Source: Opitutaceae bacterium
GTDB lineage: Bacteria; Verrucomicrobiota; Verrucomicrobiia; Opitutales; Opitutaceae
Assembly (NCBI GenBank): GCA_015075305.1
Contig: JABTUS010000004.1
Span: forward strand, 238,679 to 302,678
Length of the DNA stretch: 64,000 nucleotides
Reading direction: 5' to 3'
Shown here: positions 59,533 through 64,000 of the stretch, one piece after another
Layout of the letters: each line of letters starts with the position of its first letter
Position numbering within the stretch: the first letter of the stretch is position 1
Made by a program: the position numbers and the translations under genes
The notes under the pieces: generated by a model
Seen by the model: the letters and a program-made list of their open reading frames with translations, nothing else
Database searches by the model: none
Told to the model about the DNA's origin: nothing

Positions 59533-61134
59533 TTATTTGAGTTTAGACAGATCCCGCTTTATGTCCGGGCTGGGAAGCGGCGGCAGATTGCTGCGCACCT
59601 GCTTTTTTGGAGGATTGCGGGGAAGATCGGGTGCAAAGTGCGAGGGGTAGAGTGCGGCGAGGCTTCGTTTTGCCGCAACGACCTCCGGGTCCGAGGACCG
59701 AGCCAGATTCTTCCACTGCATGGGGTCCGTCCGCATGTCATAGAACTCCTCCGTGCCGTCTTGGTAGCGGATATAGTACCAGCGCTCATCACGAATCGAC
59801 GCGTTGCCAAGCCCGTTTATGGTCATCGTTGGATACTGCCAGGACCGCGCGGGCTCCTTGAGCAGTGGAACAAAGCTGCGCCCGTCGATCTCCGCCTTTG
59901 GAGGAAGACCGCAGAGTTCAATGAGCGTCTTGTAAAGATCCATGAGGTTGACGAGTCGGGGGCTCTCGGCCCGCCCGCTGGTGATGCCAGGCGCGCGCAC
60001 CATCAGCGGCAGACGTGTCGCCTCCTGCCAGAGCGTCGCTTTGCGGAATCGCAGTTTTTCTCCGAGGTGCCAGCCATGATCACCGAATATCATGACGATC
60101 GTGTTGTCCTTGTAGGCGCTTTTCGCGAGACCGTCCAAAACGACACCCACGCACTCATCGGAGTATGCCGCGGCGGCAAGGTAGGCCTGCACGGCCCGCT
60201 TGAAAAGGTCGGCGTGGTCCTTCCGGGTGACCCACTTGAAGTCCGCGGACTCACTGAATTTCCTTTTCCCATCAGGTGTCAGAATGTCATCCAGATCATC
60301 GAGTTTGTATTCCGGAATCACGATGCCATCGAGAGGAAAGCGGTCAAAGTACTCCTGCGGCACATACCAGGGAAGATGCGGCTTGCTGATGCCGACCACC
60401 ATGAAGAAGGGCTTGTCGTGCTGTTTGGACAATTCGTCCGCCGCCCACTGGGAGGTAAGGTAGTCAGGAGTGCCCTCTTTCCCTTCCCTTGTGGGCCCCC
60501 AGGCGAACTCAGTGCCTTCATCATCCCGCGAGAAGACCGCATCGTCCTTGGTGGGCGCGCCCTTCGTCCCATCATACACGCCTTTCAAGCGCGAGTAGAG
60601 GTGGGAGGGATTCACTCCCCAGGCACCTTCAGTGCTGCTCCAGTCGGTGAAGGCCCACTGCCCCTCATCAAGCCCGTCGGCTGTCGCATGCTTGTGGAAG
60701 AACTTGCCGCGGTTGATCGTCTGATAGCCGTTTTGGGCAAAATACTCAGGCAGGGTGGCGTGAGTCTGCACCAGCGGAGATCGCCGCATGTTCTGGCTGT
60801 TGCCATAGATACCGGTGCGATAGGGCATGAATCCCGAGAGAAATGCGGAGCGCGAAGGACCGCAGACGGGGCCAGGACAGTAGGCATTTTGAAAAGTGAC
60901 GGCCCCTTCTGCGCAGAACCGGTCCATGTTCGGCGTGCGAGTCTGGGGATTGCCTCCGAAGGTGCCGACCCAGTCGTTAAGGTCATCGATCGAGATAATG
61001 AGCACGTTGGGTCTGGAAGCCTCCGGGGCTGGAGCAGCCGAGACGGACAGTTGCATCACAATGGCGATTGCCGCAAGCCAAGCGGCAGAGGAGAGTTTCC
61101 CGATAAGACGGGAACAATGCGGTGATGGATTCAT
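59533..61134 (-). CDS. formylglycine-dependent sulfatase, secreted
   Basis: PNVLIISIDDLNDW, VCGPSRSAFLSG, IFGDHGWHLGEK. Confidence 0.9.
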   Translation of the reverse strand: MNPSPHCSRLIGKLSSAAWLAAIAIVMQLSVSAAPAPEASRPNVLIISIDDLNDWVGTFGGNPQTRTPNMDRFCAEGAVTFQNAYCPGPVCGPSRSAFLSGFMPYRTGIYGNSQNMRRSPLVQTHATLPEYFAQNGYQTINRGKFFHKHATADGLDEGQWAFTDWSSTEGAWGVNPSHLYSRLKGVYDGTKGAPTKDDAVFSRDDEGTEFAWGPTREGKEGTPDYLTSQWAADELSKQHDKPFFMVVGISKPHLPWYVPQEYFDRFPLDGIVIPEYKLDDLDDILTPDGKRKFSESADFKWVTRKDHADLFKRAVQAYLAAAAYSDECVGVVLDGLAKSAYKDNTIVMIFGDHGWHLGEKLRFRKATLWQEATRLPLMVRAPGITSGRAESPRLVNLMDLYKTLIELCGLPPKAEIDGRSFVPLLKEPARSWQYPTMTINGLGNASIRDERWYYIRYQDGTEEFYDMRTDPMQWKNLARSSDPEVVAAKRSLAALYPSHFAPDLPRNPPKKQVRSNLPPLPSPDIKRDLSKLK

Positions 61135-61332
61135 GTTGCGATGATGACGCGCGAAAGGGGCGGGCGGTTGCGGACAGTCTACGCGCAGGCCGCCCGATGC
61201 GACATGGAGAATTTACGGATGAAGCAGGATTTTTTGCAATGATCCCGATGCTCGCGGGAGACGCGGCCGGGCTTGACCTGTAACCGGAGCGCGCGCATCG
61301 CCGTCTTCTCCGGGGAATACCTGTTATCTCAC

Positions 61333-61638
61333 ATGAAAAATCGCATTGTCATCACTGCCGCAGTCGCGGCGGTTTCGCTTCTCACAACGTTTTCGGCGCA
61401 CGCCGCGGACGCTAATGCCAGGAAAGAAAAGGCTGCAGCCGCATTTGCGGCCGCGGACAAGGATGGCGACGGGAAGCTCAATCCGGCGGAATTCGCCGCC
61501 TTCAACAAGAACAAGTTGGACGCGGCGGCAGCCAAGGCCAAGTTCGCCGAGACCGACACGAACAAGGACGGATATGTCACGCGTGAGGAGCTGCGCGCTG
61601 CAATGGGCAATCATGGCGGGAAGAAGCCGAAGCAATAA
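61333..61638 (+). CDS. secreted EF-hand calcium-binding protein (101 aa)
   Basis: Signal peptide MKNRIVITAAVAAVSLLTTFSAHA. Two EF loops, DKDGDGKLNPAEF and DTNKDGYVTREEL. Confidence 0.8.
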   Translation: MKNRIVITAAVAAVSLLTTFSAHAADANARKEKAAAAFAAADKDGDGKLNPAEFAAFNKNKLDAAAAKAKFAETDTNKDGYVTREELRAAMGNHGGKKPKQ

Positions 61639-61710
61639 CCCCCAGGAGTTGAATCAGCCCGGCTGAACCGGCCGGGTGATGTTCATCGCCCGACGGGCAT
61701 TGACCGACTT

Positions 61711-61741
61711 GGCCGATCCACTGGGATCGGCCTTTGTTTTT
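61711..61741 (+). terminator. Rho-independent terminator after the EF-hand gene
   Basis: GGCCGATCC-ACTG-GGATCGGCC (9-bp perfect stem) followed by TTTGTTTTTG. Confidence 0.7.
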
Positions 61742-61780
61742 GCTTCCCAGATCCGGCCGCGGGTGGATTGTCATTCGCAC

Positions 61781-62470
61781 ATGCGAACCTCCGAATTTCT
61801 CGAACGACTTTCCGCGTTTCTGCCGCGCTTCCTGGGCGCACTGCCTCTCGCTCTTGGGATTGTGGCGGTGACCTTTCTGGTCAGCCTTGTCGTGGGTCGG
61901 GCGCTGCACCTGTTTGCACGGCGCGCAGCCCTCACTGAACTGGACGTGCTGCCCATCCGCCGGATTGCACGCTGGCTGATCTGGCTCATAGGAGCAGTGC
62001 TGATCGTGAACGTTTTTGGCTTTGAGATGGGCGGCGTCTGGGCCGTGCTTTCCACGATCTTTGGCCTGGTGGCGATCGGGTTTGTAGCGGTCTGGAGCAT
62101 CATCAGTCACACCTCGGCAACGATGATCATCCTCCTGTTGCAGCCTTTTGAGATCGGGGATGACCTTGAGTTTCCAGGGGAATCGGTGCGCGGGCGCGTG
62201 GCGAACCTCAATTTCTTTTTCACCACCCTGGTCGACCATGAGGGCGCGCTTTACCAGATACCCAACAATCTTTTCTTCCAGAAGACCGTTCGACGGAGAA
62301 TGAACCGGCGTGTCGTCAGCCTGGCTGCGCAGCTCCATTCGAAACAGTCGGCGTCCGTGGAACTGCCGCCTCCCCCGAGGGACACCGGGTCCGCGGGCAG
62401 GCGCGTGAGTGTGGATGCCGTGGTCAACACCCCTGATCCCGCGAGCATTTCCCCTGATCCCCGGCGTTGA
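61781..62470 (+). CDS. small mechanosensitive channel (MscS family)
   Basis: Three N-terminal helices, then LLLQPFEIGDDLEFPGESVRGRVANLNFFFTTLVDHEGALYQIPNNLFF (MscS beta-domain pattern). Start at ATG 61781, after the terminator. Confidence 0.78.
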   Translation: MRTSEFLERLSAFLPRFLGALPLALGIVAVTFLVSLVVGRALHLFARRAALTELDVLPIRRIARWLIWLIGAVLIVNVFGFEMGGVWAVLSTIFGLVAIGFVAVWSIISHTSATMIILLLQPFEIGDDLEFPGESVRGRVANLNFFFTTLVDHEGALYQIPNNLFFQKTVRRRMNRRVVSLAAQLHSKQSASVELPPPPRDTGSAGRRVSVDAVVNTPDPASISPDPRR

Positions 62471-62490
62471 GCAGCCGGAGGATTGCAAGG

Positions 62491-63690
62491 TCAGCCGCCT
62501 CCCCTGGCGGCTGCAGGATCAGTCGTGGAGGGCGGGCTCCAATGGGAAAGATATTTCCGCTTGGCCAGGCGCCAGGCAGTGACGAAAAATGCCGTCAGCG
62601 GGATGGCAAGGATCATTCCCAGAAGTCCATCCAACGCTGTTCCCCAGAAAAAGATGGCGAATATGACCGCGACGGGATGGAGGCCGGTGCGGTCCGACAT
62701 GATCTTCGGCGTGAGAATCCAGCCCTCAATGTTCTGCACGATCACCTGAACCGTGAGCACGAGGGCCACCAGTTTCCATCCTCCGCCGGGTTGGAACAGG
62801 GCCAGCGGCACGGTGACAACAAAACCCATGATCGAGCCGAGGTAGGGGATGATATTCAGGAATCCCAGCGCCATGCCGACCACCGCGCCGAACTTGAGTC
62901 CCACAATGCTGAACCCGATGGCGTAGAGCACCCCCATGATCAATCCGATGAGGAGCTGTCCGCGAAAAAAGGAGATCACTATCGAGACGAACTCGCGAAA
63001 CAGGAAGACGACATCCTCACGGACCGCTGGTGACAGGAACGGCAGGTGCTCCGGAAGCCTGTCCGCCGGTTGCGCGCGCGAGAGCAGAAAGAAGAACAGA
63101 TAGATCGGCACGACCGCAAGGTGTGTGGCGAAGCCGGCGATTCCCAGCAGCCCCGTTCCCGCCGCCTTGAGCGATGGCACCGCATGCTTGAAAAGGGTCT
63201 GAAGCTCCTGGGAGAGCTGGTCGACAATTGATCGCACGGTTGGATTCTGAAGCTGCTTTTGCGTGAGCTCGATCCAGTTGGGGTAGTGTTGCCCGATGTA
63301 TTCCAAGCTGTCCTTCCACAGTTTCGGCACGAATGCGATCAGATCCAGGATCTGGTCAATCGCTGGTGGAACAACCATCAGGAGGATGAGGGCGAAGACC
63401 GCGAGCATGAGGCCCACGACGATGAGGACCGCGGCGAGCCTGCGACCATTGAGCCGCTCCTCGAAAAGCTCCACCAGCGGTCGGAGCATGAGTGCGATGA
63501 TTCCGGCGACGGCGATTGGCCAGAGGACTCCAGCGAAGCGGGAAACCAGGATGCCGAGCACCCGGATCCCGCCAACGAGCAGGGCGAGAATCAATGCAAA
63601 CGCCAGGAATGAAAGCGCCGCCGTTATCATGCGCCGTTGGGCCGGCGAGAAAAAATCTTTTGGGGCGGATTGGAACTCTCGGTCGGGCAT
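62491..63690 (-). CDS. AI-2E family transporter (PerM/UPF0118)
   Basis: LGFLNIIPYLGSIMGFV ... VQNIEGWILTPKIMSDRTGLHPVAVIFAIFFWG ... GMILAIPLTA. Start at MPDREFQ (ATG 63690); the track start 63741 is also possible. Confidence 0.87.
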   Translation of the reverse strand: MPDREFQSAPKDFFSPAQRRMITAALSFLAFALILALLVGGIRVLGILVSRFAGVLWPIAVAGIIALMLRPLVELFEERLNGRRLAAVLIVVGLMLAVFALILLMVVPPAIDQILDLIAFVPKLWKDSLEYIGQHYPNWIELTQKQLQNPTVRSIVDQLSQELQTLFKHAVPSLKAAGTGLLGIAGFATHLAVVPIYLFFFLLSRAQPADRLPEHLPFLSPAVREDVVFLFREFVSIVISFFRGQLLIGLIMGVLYAIGFSIVGLKFGAVVGMALGFLNIIPYLGSIMGFVVTVPLALFQPGGGWKLVALVLTVQVIVQNIEGWILTPKIMSDRTGLHPVAVIFAIFFWGTALDGLLGMILAIPLTAFFVTAWRLAKRKYLSHWSPPSTTDPAAARGGG

Positions 63691-63862
63691 GAGGCTACGT
63701 GATCCGGAAGCGGTGTGAACGGCCAGCCGCATTTTCAGCAAATCCGCAGGACAACCGCATGGTCAACGTCATCTCGAACGGAACGCGGCGTCGAATCAGA
63801 AGTCTAATCGCCTCTGATTAGCAGACTCGACACTGGGCCTCCGATCCCGCTTTCCTATTCAC

Positions 63863-64000
63863 ATGCCTCCAAGCCAGACCATTGACCTCCGTTCACAAAC
63901 CGCCAGCCACGCCCGTGCGACCGCGTTGCGCTCGCGAACCGGGTTCACGCTCATGGAGATTCTTGTCGTGCTCGCGATCATCGGCCTTCTGGTGGGCCTG
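63863..64000 (+). CDS. prepilin-type N-terminal cleavage/methylation domain protein (pseudopilin-like), 5' part only
   Basis: Hand translation MPPSQTIDLRSQTASHARATALRSRTGFTLMEILVVLAIIGLLVGL. The G/FTLxE plus hydrophobic helix is the type IV prepilin signature. The ORF runs off the window. Confidence 0.75.
   Translation, partial: MPPSQTIDLRSQTASHARATALRSRTGFTLMEILVVLAIIGLLVGL

Noticed and set aside
59452-61125. 557-aa plus-strand ORF
   Set aside because: It is antisense to a sulfatase gene with clear catalytic motifs; a shadow ORF.
1-64000. Search by eye for CRISPR arrays, rRNA, tRNA (T-loop GGTTCGAATCC-type strings), tmRNA and IS elements with terminal inverted repeats
   Set aside because: I found no regularly spaced direct repeats, no T-loop/acceptor patterns and no transposase motifs. 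The only mobile-element trace is the intI stub.

Overview
Visibly GC-rich bacterial chromosome segment. The gene content (nine formylglycine-type sulfatases, TonB-dependent receptors without SusD partners, a prepilin-type N-terminus protein) suggests a Verrucomicrobiota/Planctomycetota-like glycan degrader; this is inference only. From 1 to about 30 kb the window is mostly housekeeping: a TonB receptor/GH78 rhamnosidase/AraC mini-locus, phoH-HD hydrolase-ybeY, HIT, fabF, gltX, panD, coaX, argH, mutL, glgP, dnaX, a PP2C/mini-kinase/GGCT operon and type II glutamine synthetase. Between coaX and argH lies a ~2.3 kb poorly coding island that I read as a decayed integron: a dead intI C-terminal stub, three attC-like repeats, and a truncated DUF433/PIN-like toxin-antitoxin cassette. 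dnaX ends one codon after an A9G slippery run, and a long -1 frame continues for about 165 codons. From about 30 to 61 kb there is one large sulfated-glycan utilisation locus. It holds GntR and AraC regulators, a heparinase II/III-like protein, an HGSNAT-like membrane acetyltransferase, a frame-split penicillin-acylase-family gene, eight sulfatases (one PA14-fused, one without a signal peptide), a tandem esterase, a TonB receptor, an SSS symporter and two uncharacterised secreted proteins that are candidate new glycan-cleaving enzymes. The right edge carries an EF-hand protein, an MscS-like channel, an AI-2E transporter and the start of a pseudopilin-like gene. I found no rRNA, tRNA or CRISPR array. 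All homology calls come from motif recognition by eye; no database searches were run.
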